Of a stretch of DNA of 64,000 nt, positions 21,491-34,838 are shown piece after piece. The translations under genes and the position numbers were made by a program. This stretch comes from Hypanus sabinus (taxonomy: Eukaryota), in NCBI RefSeq assembly GCF_030144855.1, contig NC_082715.1:146196001-146260000 (forward strand), written 5' to 3'. The notes below the pieces were generated by a model. That model made no database searches. It had not been told where the DNA came from and saw only the letters and a list, made by a program, of their open reading frames with translations. How positions within the stretch are numbered: position 1 is the first letter of the stretch; each line of letters starts with the position of its first letter.

Positions 21491-24400
21491 GTGGAGATGC
21501 CGCGGTACAAAAACAGCGGCTACGGGCGTTGATTTATAGCAGCGATTCCTGTAGTCACTAGCTAACGAAGGTAACATATGTTAACAGGGAATACAAAAAA
21601 GGGACAATCAGATCCTATTCCGCTCCGTATGTTAATGCCCACAGTCAGAAATGAGCAGCAGTAGTTCGGTACAGATGGAATTCGCACTCATGCAATCTCA
21701 GAGAAAGAAGGCAAAAATTTGTAAAGGCTATGTTTGCTGTTATATCCTTTAGCTCGCTTCGTAGACTCGGAACGGTACCACAAAACACCATCTCAGAACT
21801 GCTCGGCATTTTTTCCAATGCAAGCAGAGCAGTAAGAAAGTTCCATCATGAACTGCTGTCAAAATTCTTTGACAGCTGATGATGTGACTCTGGTTGTGTC
21901 GGTTATTAACCATAAAACTGGAATGAGGAAAAGGGCATTTTATCCTCCTAACATGTTCAGATATATATAATCAAGTTGTAGTTAATATTCGACCTCAGCA
22001 CCATGTTCCTGACTCTGCCTTAATATGCAGATATGCGTCGATTTTAATAACTGTCCCTTGAAAGGGTGGAGAATTCCACCACCGAATGCACATTAAGTGC
22101 GTGTTCTTGACTGAGGAGCAGGTTGTGCCATGTTGCCATTTACGGGAACAAGACGGAACGCCCCAAAGTCAGAATTCCGCGAAAAGGCCGGGAGTGCTTC
22201 TCACTTCATTTTCAAGTAACAACCGCTTCGTCTGAGACTGGAGCCATGATAGTGGACTCCTCATCTTGGAAAGTCTCTTGTTTTCATGCAGCGTGTTAAG
22301 ATCTGTTGGGATTTTTAATTTCATTGAAATCTCCCCTCATACTCGTAAGTTCTCGAAAAAACAGACCAAACTATGCAAATTATTCCCATATTATTCTCAG
22401 TGAGTCCACTGTCACTGGAACTAGTTTGGTGAATATTTGTTGCAACTCCTTCATCTCTTTAAGCGGTGATATCAAAACTAGTCAATGACGTCACTATTCG
22501 TGTACATAAATCTCTGTCATGACAAAGGCTAAAATAACATTTGTCTTCCACGTGGTCTGTTCTTCCGGCACTTCGGCGCTCAGGAAGCCGAAACCTATTT
22601 AGCAGCACCACCGTGAATGTAATATACTCTGATATTGAGATATTTGTAAAATATTTTAAATTTGGAACGGGTTATCAGACAATTAAACTAAAGTTTTAAT
22701 CAAGATTAGTTCGTGAAACAGATACACAAATAGTTAAAATAATACATGAAAATAAGCCAGATTTAAACAATCTATCTTTCTTTTTATACAACTGTCCTGT
22801 TCGCTACACCCCACAAGCAATGCTGTCTCTTATGGATTGAAGTGTGAACCTGGCCCAAGATACAAGTGTCAATAACAGTGCAATGCTGGGTCCTGTCTTT
22901 TCGGTTCTACTACAGCGCAGCATTTGGTATAGCAACAAAAACTGACCAGCATGCAGATAGTTTTCAATAAATCGTCCTCAAAGCTTGAAACTGCGCACTG
23001 TACAAAGAATTACCAATTCCATGTGGTCGAAAGAAAACTTAATCAAAAAGGCAGTGCTGATCTAGTCAGAAATTTTCCGTACAACTGTTAACATACGATT
23101 ATATATACTGAAAATCGCTAAAAATAAACCATTTTTTCCACCGACGTTCGACTTTTTAATAGAATATAAGCATATTGCGCTTTGGATCAACGATTGCTAT
23201 GTTTGATTAGTGGACGAAGATACAAGGCGTCAGATGTTCTGGTGGTTGTCGCACTCGGGCTACCATTGCTGGGGTGTGACGATATTAGGTAGAAGTAATC
23301 GTTGACAAGGATTCTTATGAGAGCAGTGATCAATGTACGTAACGAGAAGACATTAATTGTGCTCATTTTGGGATTATTTAGAGTTTGGATTTGTCCAGCT
23401 GTTTATCGATCCTGAGAATGCCTGTGAGGCGAGTAAATATTTCTCAACAGTGTATTTAAATGTAGGATGTTTCCTCCTTGTCACTGAGATCATCATCAAT
23501 AGTTTGAGACTGGTACTTTCAGTAACCTGAATGGATTCCTTGGCCCAGGCCTATTGAATTCATCTCGCCCACCTCCCCGTCATTGCCAAAGCAATCCTCA
23601 TTTAAATGTCCATTTTATGCTTGCCTGTTAGGCTTTGCTTAAACGTGGCTCTTCTGATAATGCATAATAAAGCGAAGTCTATAAGAATTCCCCGAAGGTA
23701 ATCCCAGTCAATTCTCCAATGACCACCTTTGTCTGTTCTTAGGTTTAATATTTCTGCAGATATTTGCAGTCATCTTTGAAATAAAAGTAAGCTGACACAA
23801 ATCAGCATTTCTGTAAGCATGCAATATTTGATTTGATTAAATATCTGATTATATTATAGGATCCTTGCTGTAAATTAGTAACAATTTGGTCGCATCTAAC
23901 AAATCAAGGACGGAAGAAAGATGCAGCAGTACCAACATTGGACCACCTAGCTCCACCGACCGCCTATCCCTGCTCCAGTAGGACCACGTCTCTTACCCAT
24001 TGTACTGCTAATCCTCGTACACCGTGCTTTACGAGGTGTTCTAAAATCCTATCAGTGTCACCGACGAACACCATATATGTCTGATCTCTGAGGAGAAAGT
24101 TGGGAATGCTTCATATAAAAAGAAACATTTCAGTTCTAAGATTATCCAAATCTTCACTCAAAGACGGTTGACTCCAGACCTAGTTTTGACAGCTAGAGAA
24201 AAGGTTTCCCAATATCTGGTATCTCAAACCAATTGAGGAATTTTAACAGAGATCATCTCACATACTGTGAAACTACAGTAACCTTCCTCCAGTTTTCTTA
24301 AATATCTGTTTAATGGAAATTGTTTTCACCTTAGGAATTGATTCTGTCCACTATGCCGCACTGACTACAAGCAAATATATCGTGTCTTAGACATTGAAAA

Positions 24401-25861
24401 TGCACACTAGGTAGAACAAAAATTGTGGTCTCTGGAACTTCCTGTAAAATATGAACAAGTCAGTTATATATACAACCTACCTCCTCAATGCGAAGCCAAA
24501 TGATAATGCGTGAAAGTAATATTGTAAACACTTTCCATTCCATTTGAAAATCAAAACTAAAAGATCAGAAACAAAAGGTCAGCAAAGCATCAAAATATGG
24601 ACTCATCACTTCCCGCTAATTAATTATAAAAGTCATCACTTTTGACGTATTGCTCTGCAACACCGCAACCTACGGCGCAATATGTTGTATGAAATATCAT
24701 CACTCCAGTTTTCCCCATTTCCGTTTGACTTATCCGATCTCGTCGGAAACTACTTCTATATTAGTTTCACACAGCCACATCGACAAGTGCAGTAGGGGCT
24801 TTCAGTATTTCAGTGAGGTGCCACTCTTCTAAACACTGGAGAATTAAGGTATAGTATTTATAACTCTCCACATAGAATTAACCCCTACTCCTGCATGCTA
24901 AACGGGCGAATCCTCTTCATTTCTTCGCATTCGTATCCATCCTTGGTGAGAGAATTACAACCTCTTCAAATTGGACAGCACGGTAGCAGTACGAGCCGGA
25001 GGGGTACCGGAGTTCAATCCCGACGTCTTTCGTCAGTAGTTTGTATACTCCTCCCCGTGAACTCGCGGGTTTCCTCCGGGTGTTCCGTTTTCCTCGCACG
25101 TTCCAAAGATCTGTATTGTAAGTTGTCCTGTGATAAGGCTAGGATTCATAGGTGGGTTGCTGGGCTGTGAGGTTCATTGGGTCGGAAGGGCCTGTTCCAC
25201 GCTCTGTCTCGAAATAAATAAATAAAATCTTCTGATGCCGTCCCGTTAAGGTGGGTCTGTGAGCCCACTATGCTATTTTACCATTATAATCATGTCCTAT
25301 TGCCCTTCCCGCTGATTGCTTTCATTTACATCGACTTTAGGTGATTCATTTGTAGATCCTAAATTGTCTTCTAATACTGACGTTGTAATCTATTGCTTTG
25401 ATTTTCAATTCGTATAGATGGTTACTTCATGTTCCTAAAGGACAATCAACTTGTTTAATGTTATACTTTTCCTTTTCTTTCTTTTTCAATCTTTTTATTG
25501 AATTTCATATATATAAAAAAAAACAACACATAATAATGAATAGATTACAAATTCAATAAACTTGAGATTACATTAGTAATAGGATAATAATATCCTATTA
25601 AAACGTCCATCAACAAAAGGTACATAAATCAATCAAGTCTATATAAATATATATGAAAAAAAAACAAAAATAATCATCGAAAAAAGAAAAAAAAATTGAA
25701 ATTATATATGAGAAAAAATATATATTGAAAAAAAATACTAAACTAAAACTAACATGGGCAATAATAGCACTTTATAAATATATGAAGGTGTCAAGAAAAG
25801 AACTCCGGAACTCCATACCTGAACAAGGATAAGTAGAGAAAAGGATCTGAAATAGGCCAAA

Positions 25862-28800
25862 TTAATTCATATGAAAGTGTCGAATAAATGGTCCCCAGGT
25901 TTCTTCAAATTTAATTGAAGAATCAAAGATAGTGCTTCTGATTTTTTCCAAACTCAAATAAGAAATAGTTTGGGAGAACCACTGAAATGTAGTAGGAGGA
26001 TTTACTTCTTTCCAGTTTTGTAATATAGACCTTCTGGCAATTAATGTTACAAAGGCAATCATTCGTCTGATTGAAGGGGAAAGCTGATTGCCATCTTCAT
26101 TTGGTATACCGAAAATTGCAGTAATAAAATGGGGTTGTAAATCGATATTCCATACTGAGGAAATGACATCAAAAATGTCCTTCCAATAGTTATGTAAAGT
26201 GGGACATGTCCAAAACATGTGGGTCAATGAAGCCACTTCTAAGTGACATCTGTCACATTGAGGATTAATATGCGAGTAAAATCGGGCAAGCTTATCTTTA
26301 GACATATAAGCTCTATGTACAATTTTAAATTGTATTAAAGCATGTTTAGCACAAATAGAGGAGGAATTAACCATTTGTAAAATTTTTTCCCATTTATCTG
26401 TTGATATATTACATCGAAGTTCTTTTTCCCATTCTTGTCTAATTCTATCCGACATTTCTGGCTGTATCTTCATAATCATGTTATAAATAAAAGCTACTAA
26501 TCCCTTCTGACAAGGATTAAAAGTAAAAATCAAATCTGAAAAATCCGATGGAGTTGAATTAGGAAAAGATGGAAGAATTTTATGTAAGAAATTTCTAATT
26601 TGTAAGTATCTAAAAAAATTAGATTTAGGTAATTCAAATTTGTTGGATAGTTGATCAAAAGACATCAAAGTACCTTCAAAAAAAAGATCACGAAAACAAT
26701 TTATACCTTTCCTTTTCCATATACTAAAAGCTTGATCTGTCAATGAAGGTTTGAAAAAGAAATTACATAAAATAGGGCTGTCCAGAGCAAAGTTTTTCAG
26801 ATTAAAGAATTTGCGAAATTGAAACCAAATTCGTAGTGTATGTTTAACAACAGGGTTAGATATCTGTTTATTGAATTTGGCTAAATCAATAGGAAGAAAA
26901 GAACCAAGAACGGAAAATATAGAATATCCCTTAACCTCACTACATTCCAAATTTACCCACTGTGGGCACACAGGTGAATCCAAATCTAGTTTCCAGTACA
27001 TTAGGTTACGAATATTATTCGCCCAATAATAAAATCTAAAGTTAGGTAAAGCTAGACCACCATCTTTTTTAGACTTTTGTAATTGCCTTTTGCTTAACCT
27101 AGGATTTTTATTTTGCCACACAAATGAGGAAATTTTTGAATCAATATTATCAAAAAAAAATTTAGGAATAAAAATTGGTAAAGCTTGGAATAAATATAAA
27201 AATTTCGGTAAAATCATCATTTTAATAGCATTAATCCGACCAACTAATGATAAAAATATGGGAGACCATCTTGTAGTAAGTTGCTGAATTTGATGAAGCA
27301 TAGGTAAAAAATTCAGTCCAAATAAATCTTTATATTTCTTGGTGATTTTTATACCTAAATAGATAAAGTTATCAGTAACAACTTTAAATGGCATCCTATC
27401 ACTCAATAAAGTTTGCGCGTTTAAAGGGAATAACTCACTCTTATCTAAGTTTAACTTATAACCAGAAAAGCTACCAAATTGAGCCAACAAGGATAAAATA
27501 GCAGGAATAGACCTACTAGGATTAGAAATATATAACAACAAATCATCAGCATAAAGCGATAATTTGTATAACTTCTCATTACGGGTAATACCAAAAATAT
27601 TAGGAGACTCACGAATAGCAATAGCTAAAGGTTCTAATGCAATATTAAATAATAAAGGACTTAAAGGACAACCTTGTCTCGTACCACGAGATAATTGAAA
27701 AAAAGAGGATCTATAATTATTTGTAAGAACAGAAGCAACAGGTTTATAATATATTAATTTAATCCATGATATAAAATTAGGACTAAAATTAAAGTTTCTC
27801 AATGCATTAAATAAATATATCCATTCAACTCTATCAAAGGCTTTTTCAGCATCTAATGAGATAACACATTCTGGGGTTGTAGGTGATGAAGTATAAATTA
27901 TGTTAATCAATTTTCTAATATTAAAAAAGGAATACCGATTCTAATAAAACCAGTTTGATCTTCTGAAATAATCTGTGGTAATACCTTTTCTAATCTAATG
28001 GCTAAAATTTTTGTAAGAATCTTAGAGTCTACATTTAATAATGATATAGGGCGATAAGATGCACATAAAGTAGGATCTTTATCTTTTTTAAGAATTAGAG
28101 AGATAGTAGCTTCATAAAACGATTGAGGTAGTCTCTTCTTAACAAACGCATCATTAAAAATTTCACATAGCCAAGGAGAAAGCAATAAAGAAAAAGTTTT
28201 AAAAAATTCTACAATAAAACCATCAGGACCAGGAGCTTTCCCTGAATTCATTGATGAGATAGCCTCTCTTATTTCATCCATAGAAATAGGAGCATCAAGC
28301 AAGCTACAATCTTCATCTATCAGTTTAGGAATATTCAAGTTATTAAAAAAATTATCCATCGTAAACCGGTCACCGTCAAATTCTGATTGATATAAAGATT
28401 TATAAAAATCTTGAAAAGTGTTATTGATTTCTTTATAATCAGTAGTTAAATTACCGTCTTGTTTACGAATTTTAATAATTTGTCGCTTAGTCGAAATAGC
28501 TTTTAATTGATTAGCTAACAATTTACCAGTTCGATCACTATGAATATAAAATTGAGCCCTAGTCTTAATTAATTGATTCTCAATTGAAGAAGATAATAAT
28601 AAACTATGTTCCATTTGAAGCTCAACTCTCTTCTTATAAAGTTCTTTGGTAGGAGTAACGGAATAAATCTTATCAATTTCTTTAATTTTTTCCACCAATA
28701 AAGCTATATCTGAATATCTTTGTTTTCTTTTACCAGCGGAATATGAAATAATTTGTCCACGAATAAAAGCCTTGAAAGAGTCCCAAAGTATTCCTTTATC

Positions 28801-29646
28801 AATCTCTTCATTATAGTTTGTTGAAAAAAATAAGTCAATTTGTTGTTTTATGAAGGTAATAAATTCTGGATCTTGAAGCAAAGTAGCATTAAGTCTCCAA
28901 GATCTAGTATTGATAGAAGAGTCCGGAATCTTGATAGATAACTTCAAAGGCGCATGATCCGAAATAGCAATAGAATCGTATTTACAATCAATAACATCTG
29001 TTAATAAACGATGATCAATAAGGAAATAATCAATTCTAGAATAACTATGATATACATGTGAAAAAAATGAAAATTCTTTATCTTTAGGGTTCAAAAACCG
29101 CCATATTTCAGTAATTCCAGAATCAACCATAAAAGAATTAATAAGTAAAGCTGATCTATTCGGAAGAGTTCGAATAGGTTTAGATCTATCCATCGAAGGA
29201 TTCAAACAACAATTAAAGTCTCCACCCATAATCAACATATATTCATTCAAATTAGGAAGAGAAGTAAATAAACGTTTAAAAAATTCAGGACAATCAAAGT
29301 TTGGAGCATAAATATTAACTAAAACAACTTTCCGATTAAAAAGTGAACCAGTTATCAATAAAAATCTACCCTGTGGATCCGAAATAATTTCATAATGTGT
29401 AAACGAAATTGAGGCGTCTATAAAAATAGACACACCCCTAATTTTAGCGGTACAAATTGAGTGAAATTGTTGACCTTTCCAGAACCTAAAAAAATGTTGA
29501 TTATCCTCCCTCCTAATATGGGTCTCCTGTGCAAAAATAATATTAGCGTTCAATCTATGGAATACTTTAAATATTTTTTTACGTTTAATCGGATGATTTA
29601 AACCATTAGTATTCCACGAGATAAAGTTAATAGATTTATCCATCAT
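25862..29646 (-). pseudogene. L1 ORF2 (endonuclease + RT + CCHC) broken by a single 1-nt deletion near 27940
   Basis: N-terminal part has SWNTNGLN, FAQETH, GGDFN, SRID, SDH, KAPGPDG and YRPISLLN. C-terminal part has DAEKAFD, RQGCPLSP, YADD, YLG and CDRC-x8-H-x4-C. The two frames overlap over NRYSFFNIRK; restoring one A gives a ~1261-aa ORF. Confidence 0.92.
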
Positions 29647-30659
29647 ACCAATATTAATTGTGTGTATCATAAAAGGTTAAAAAGACACATAACCCACAAT
29701 TTAGGAAGAAGGAAAATTGATTCAGGAGCAACCGGAGATCCTGACACCTCAACAATATTAACAATTTAAAGTCAGCCCATAAACTAAAAGCAAAAAAATA
29801 AAAAGCAAAAGCGTGAAAAAAGATCCCTCCCCCCTCCCCCGACCCTTTGAAAGAAAGCCAAGCGGCAGGCGCATAAACTAATACTAATATTACCCCCATT
29901 TCAAGATGGCAGCTCCATAAGAAAATGTTTTTAAGAAAAAACTATATAACACCCTAATTAAAATGAAGAGTTGCAAAAAAAAAAATATATATATATATAC
30001 CTACATATATATATATATATACATACACATACACACACACATCAGACAAGTCAAAAAAAAACTAAAATAGTAAAACCAGAAAAATCATTAATAAAAAAAA
30101 ATGAACATTAAAGTTTAAAAATGTAATACACCTTTAAAAAAGAAATTCCATATTCAGATACAAAGATGACGTTTCACAAGCCAAGACTTATGGGAAGAAG
30201 AAACGACATTTTGAGAAAGCCATATTACAAAATATGAATATAAATTCAGCAATCTAATAAGAAAATTTAGTAAAAAAAGTTATCAAAATAGAATTTTTTT
30301 TTAAAAAAAAGATTTAATAGACACTACAACATATATAAAAAAAGACTAAAAAAAAGAATTCAAAACCTTTGTTCCATTTCTAAATACAGGCAAGCAAATA
30401 AACGCTTATAAAAAGTAAAGACTTATGGGAAGAAGAAACGACATTTTGAAAAAATAATTCATTATTACAAAATACAAACGTGTATAAAAAAGGATATTAT
30501 AAAAATTAAAACAGCATCTATAAGCAATAATAATAGTAGTAAAAAAAAGACCCAGACCCATAGTTCAAAATAAAAAGTTATAACCCAACTTCCAGGGTTA
30601 AAACTTAAAATGAAATGGCATCCTCTCTCCAAAAAAAAATCTTCAATGTAACTCATAGT

Positions 30660-31565
30660 TCAAGTTGCACTAGAGGATCGATATTCTTCAACAAATTTCT
30701 TCGCTTCTTCCGGAGTGTTAAAAAACCGTAGACTGTTGTCGGGCAGCACAATTCTAAGCTTCGCTGGATACATTAAAGCTTGTTTAAATCCAATCGAATG
30801 AATCTCTGCCATCACTGATTTAAAAGCGATCCTGGCTTTCATTACTTCATACGAATAATCCTCAACAATTCGAAATGAGTAATTTTTGTAGGAGATCATA
30901 CCTTTTTTACGAACTAATCGAATTAGAAGCTCTTTCTCACGAGGATAATGAAGGCGAACAATCACCGCTCGTGGTTTATCAGACACAGACGAAAACCTCG
31001 CAACTCTATGAGCACGGTCGATAACAGGTTCATTTTTCAAACCTTCACCACCGAAAATTTCCCACAGTAATTTAGAGAAAAATTCAGTTAAATCACCGGA
31101 CTCAACTTTTTCGGGAATTCCGATGATGCGCAAATTCTGTCTGCGAGAACGATTTTCAAGATCAGTAATTTTAAACTTATACTGATCTAAAGTTTTAGCA
31201 GTCGACTCTATCTTCTTCTCTAACACTTCAATTGTACGTGCTTTTTCACAAATTGATTGTTCAAGAGTCGTGATCTTATTTCCATGCTGTTGAACCTCTA
31301 ACGCCTGCGACTGAAACTTAGTTTCAAGCGATTTAACAACTCCTTCAAGATCGGATATTTTCGTAGTAATCCTCCTTTCCAAACTTAACAGTTTACTGTC
31401 CAATTTACCTTCTAGTCTGCCTTCCAGACCCGCAAATTTAGCATCCAGTTTACTGTCCAATTTACCTTCCATACCCGCAAATTTAACATCCAGTTTAATG
31501 TCCAAAAGACCAGAAATTGCGTCGATGGATACAGGATCCTTAGCCGATTTCTTACTTGTAGCCAT
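30660..31565 (-). CDS. L1 ORF1p (coiled coil + RRM/CTD), intact, 301 aa
   Basis: Motifs DLENRSRRQNLRIIGIPE, IDRAHR, PRAVIVRL, YPAKLRI. Confidence 0.93.
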   Translation of the reverse strand: MATSKKSAKDPVSIDAISGLLDIKLDVKFAGMEGKLDSKLDAKFAGLEGRLEGKLDSKLLSLERRITTKISDLEGVVKSLETKFQSQALEVQQHGNKITTLEQSICEKARTIEVLEKKIESTAKTLDQYKFKITDLENRSRRQNLRIIGIPEKVESGDLTEFFSKLLWEIFGGEGLKNEPVIDRAHRVARFSSVSDKPRAVIVRLHYPREKELLIRLVRKKGMISYKNYSFRIVEDYSYEVMKARIAFKSVMAEIHSIGFKQALMYPAKLRIVLPDNSLRFFNTPEEAKKFVEEYRSSSAT

Positions 31566-32204
31566 TTTAGGTTTGACAAGATTAGATCAACTATTATTTT
31601 AGGAAAAAAGGGTCAATCAAAGGTAGCAACTCATATGATTAAGTTCGAAAAGATCTAATTAAAGGGTGATTATAGTTGAAAAAATAAAGAGCGCCTAAAA
31701 GGCAGATGCTTACGTCGCCATCTTGAAACTCCACCCCCCTGTTATACTTTTCGGTGCCGTTTCCCAAATTTCCATGGAGATTTCAGATTTCAGATTTCGT
31801 TCATACACTGATGTGAAATTGAATAAGTTGCCTTAAACTTTTAAAATAAAATTTTATTGTATGTAGAGCACGCTTCACATTGTATATTAAATGAAATATA
31901 TTATTATATATTCATTATATTATATAGATATATAGTACTAACATGTTCCAATGCTCTGCAATTTTCTAAACTTTCTGTTAAATTTACTAATAAGCTTCCA
32001 GTCATGTTAGGTAGTTTGTATCAGTTTATGTATAAAACTGTCATGAAATCATCTATCTTATTACAAATGTTGCGTGCATTCAAGTGAATAGTATTGGCTT
32101 GCTATGCTCTCTCCGTTTCTGACTATATTCCTATGTTCCTGTTATCATTACATCACAACCTGAACCAATGACTACTTTTCCTTCAATAAAAGGAAAAAAA
32201 AAAG

Positions 32205-32402
32205 GTTAAGTATCCTCCCCGCTCCTTGTTTGGCTCATCGGGCGGCAACCTTGCCGTTTCTTTAGCAGTTGTCTGGTTTATGAGGCTAAGTTACTTACTC
32301 AACGCTCAACTCCGCACGGATGGAAAGCGTGTAAAGGGCCCGCCGATTTCGACACCGGCTCCTCGTGTTCTGAAGTCCGGTGCGGATATAACTATACCGC
32401 TG
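32205..32402 (-). mobile_element. Degenerate tRNA-derived SINE
   Basis: The minus strand begins gcggtatagttatatccgcaccggacttcagaacacgaggagccggtgtcgaaatcgg, a decayed tRNA-like head. Confidence 0.5.
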
Positions 32403-34499
32403 TCCTAGATCTGTTCCTTCAGTACTTGCAGCAAAATAAGACCCCCATTCAAAAACTTATTGCCACCCACTCCATCCCCGCCACCAGCACTACTACAAAT
32501 ATTTAATTTACAGCATTATCTAGAGTTCTTGTTACTTAATTTACTAAGAAAAAGATGATAGCCCGATTCAAGCTCATTCATTTATCTGTCCATCTATCTA
32601 TCAATCTATATCCATTAATTAATCAATTGATTGATTGATTGATAAATTAATTGATTCAGTGCAGAATAGACCCCTCTGCCTCTTCGAGCCGTACCATCCA
32701 GTATCCTCTGACAATCCTGATTTAATTCCGGAGCATCCAGGGGATAGCCACACATTCTTCGGGGAGGACGTAGAAACTTCTTACAGAGGACGGCGACCGC
32801 TCTCTCCTTTCCTTGTACTGATACCAGTGACCCCGGAGATGAAAGCCACTGCTATCTATGTGGAGTTTGCAATGTCTCCTTATGATCGCGTGAGTTTTCT
32901 TAAGGCACATCGGTTTTCCGCCTTACGCCAAAGACGTGCGTTACCTGTAGTTTACTAGGGCTCCGTAAATTGCACCAAATGTGTTGGTGGGTGATAGTAT
33001 GTACGGAAGCTGTGCGAAGAATGAAGATAGGGCCAATGTAAAATTAACAAAAGTGTGTGGTTGTATGACGGGGTGGACGGTGGGCCGGCGGTTTGTTTAT
33101 GTCTCCTTGACACTTAAATGCCCTTCAGACGACATAGACGCTTTTAACATAGGCCGCATTTATGTGGGGACTTGCGTCTGAGTTGCAAATTCCTACCGCA
33201 CGCATCCTCATGCCTCTATGCCTCTACACTTCCCGAAGTAGTATGAAGCCTGTATAACAGTGCCCTGGCCCGTTTGCTAATTCTATCCACATAGATAGTA
33301 AGGATATCACAACTGTTAAATTTAATTACAGGATCTCAGTAGCACAACTTGCCTGACATTTGCAACTGCCTCACAGATAGTCAAATATTTCTCGTCTATT
33401 TCTGCAACGCTTAAATCTAATAGCCATGAGAATCTCTGGGAGCAAAACCGCCACCTGTAACACTGCATTTGAATCCCCGGTTTCAACCTCTCACCTCTGA
33501 GCCCAAGTAAGCTGAACTGCAGTTATCTACCGGGGATGTTTCAACCACAGATCACAGTAGTTTTTGCCAACTCCCAGAAGCGGCGGCAACTGTGTTTCAC
33601 CTATTTTGCAATCGTAGAAAAATGTAAAATGACAGAAGACAATTAAATACAATTATGTTCATGTTGTTATTAATTGGTTGGCAACATTGTGAGCTGAACA
33701 TTAGCAATATGAAATTCACATAACTATTTTGTCCTCGAATACCATTTAGAGTTCAATATTATCGGTCAAACCGAAGGGCTGGGGCAAAAAGTGCAGATCG
33801 ATCAGCTCGATTCACCTGAAAGGATCACAAAATAATCCAGACTAACAGTGCAGATGAAGTCTACTTTGTCAAGTTCAATATCTATTCCAATTCTTACACA
33901 TGCGAAAAGGGCACCAATACAAAACACTGCATATATTTTTGTTTAATGTTGGTATAACAAGACGCTATGGAAACGTTGAGCAAATGCAACAAGACTCCAT
34001 CATTTTAGGTCAGGGGTTGACACGCTGGAAGGAAGCTCTGTATTCTATTAGTCAATATGAATGAAAATATAGCAATTACTATCCGTAGAAATTAACAGGG
34101 CAGAACATTTACTTTAAAGCAATTCCATTTCTTCATAAATCCTCCCTTTTGTGTAGAATTGGTAGCAGTCGGTGGAGTTATAGATTCGTTCTGCCTTTTA
34201 AGGCCGATTCCGGTCGCGATGGGCAAGATGTAAAGTTAATGGATGTAATAAAACGGGAAATATAATAGCGTCTCGCAATTCGGTGTTGTCTTCAGATACC
34301 ATGGCTGTATAAATAGTCACCCTTTCAACCGTACATCTGGGCGAATATTTTAGGGCTATTGTCTGAAGTGTAAGGATCTACGATTCAGTGTTGACGTGAG
34401 GACAATTTTCTTTACTCAGTGGACAATGGATTTTAGGAATTCTCTATCCAAGATGGGTCAGGTGCTCAAAGGTTGAGAATGTTCAACATAGATCAATAG

Positions 34500-34838
34500 A
34501 CATCAATAGAGCTGCATTTACATGGAAATGTAGAAAACCTACAGCCCAATACAGGCCTTTCGGCCCACAAAGTTGTATCTTAGAAATTACTAGGCTTACG
34601 TGTAGCCCTCTATTTTACTAAGCTTCATGTACCTATCTAAAAGACTCTTAAAAGACCCTAGCGTATCCCCCTCACCACAGTTGCTGGGAGCTCATTCCAC
34701 GCACTCACCACCTTCTGAGTAAAAAACCTTTCCTTGACATCTCCCCTGTATCCACTCCCCAGCACCTTAAACCTGTATCCTCTTGTGGCAACCATTTCTG
34801 TCCTGAGAAAAAGCCTCTGACTGTCCACACAATCAATG
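34500..34838 (-). mobile_element. CR1 3'-end fragment fused to the pseudo-C
   Basis: Typical CR1 3' sequence (ctcaccaccttctgagtaaaaaacc, ccttgacatctcccctgta, aaaaagcctctgact); a related copy lies at 35245-35820. Confidence 0.75.

Larger units (their letters stand above)
25472..31739 (-). mobile_element. Full-length L1-clade LINE (~6.27 kb) with target-site duplication
   Basis: Contains ORF1 and an APE-RT-CCHC ORF2. The G-rich 5' end carries a YY1-type AAGATGGCG motif (31716-31724) and the 3' end is A-rich. TSD TGTTATACTTTTC at 25459-25471 and 31740-31752. Confidence 0.95.

Noticed and set aside
33560-33590. cacagtagtttttgcc as an RSS remnant upstream of the pseudo-C
   Set aside because: Wrong geometry (no spacer, wrong relative orientation) and no J-like FGxG nearby.
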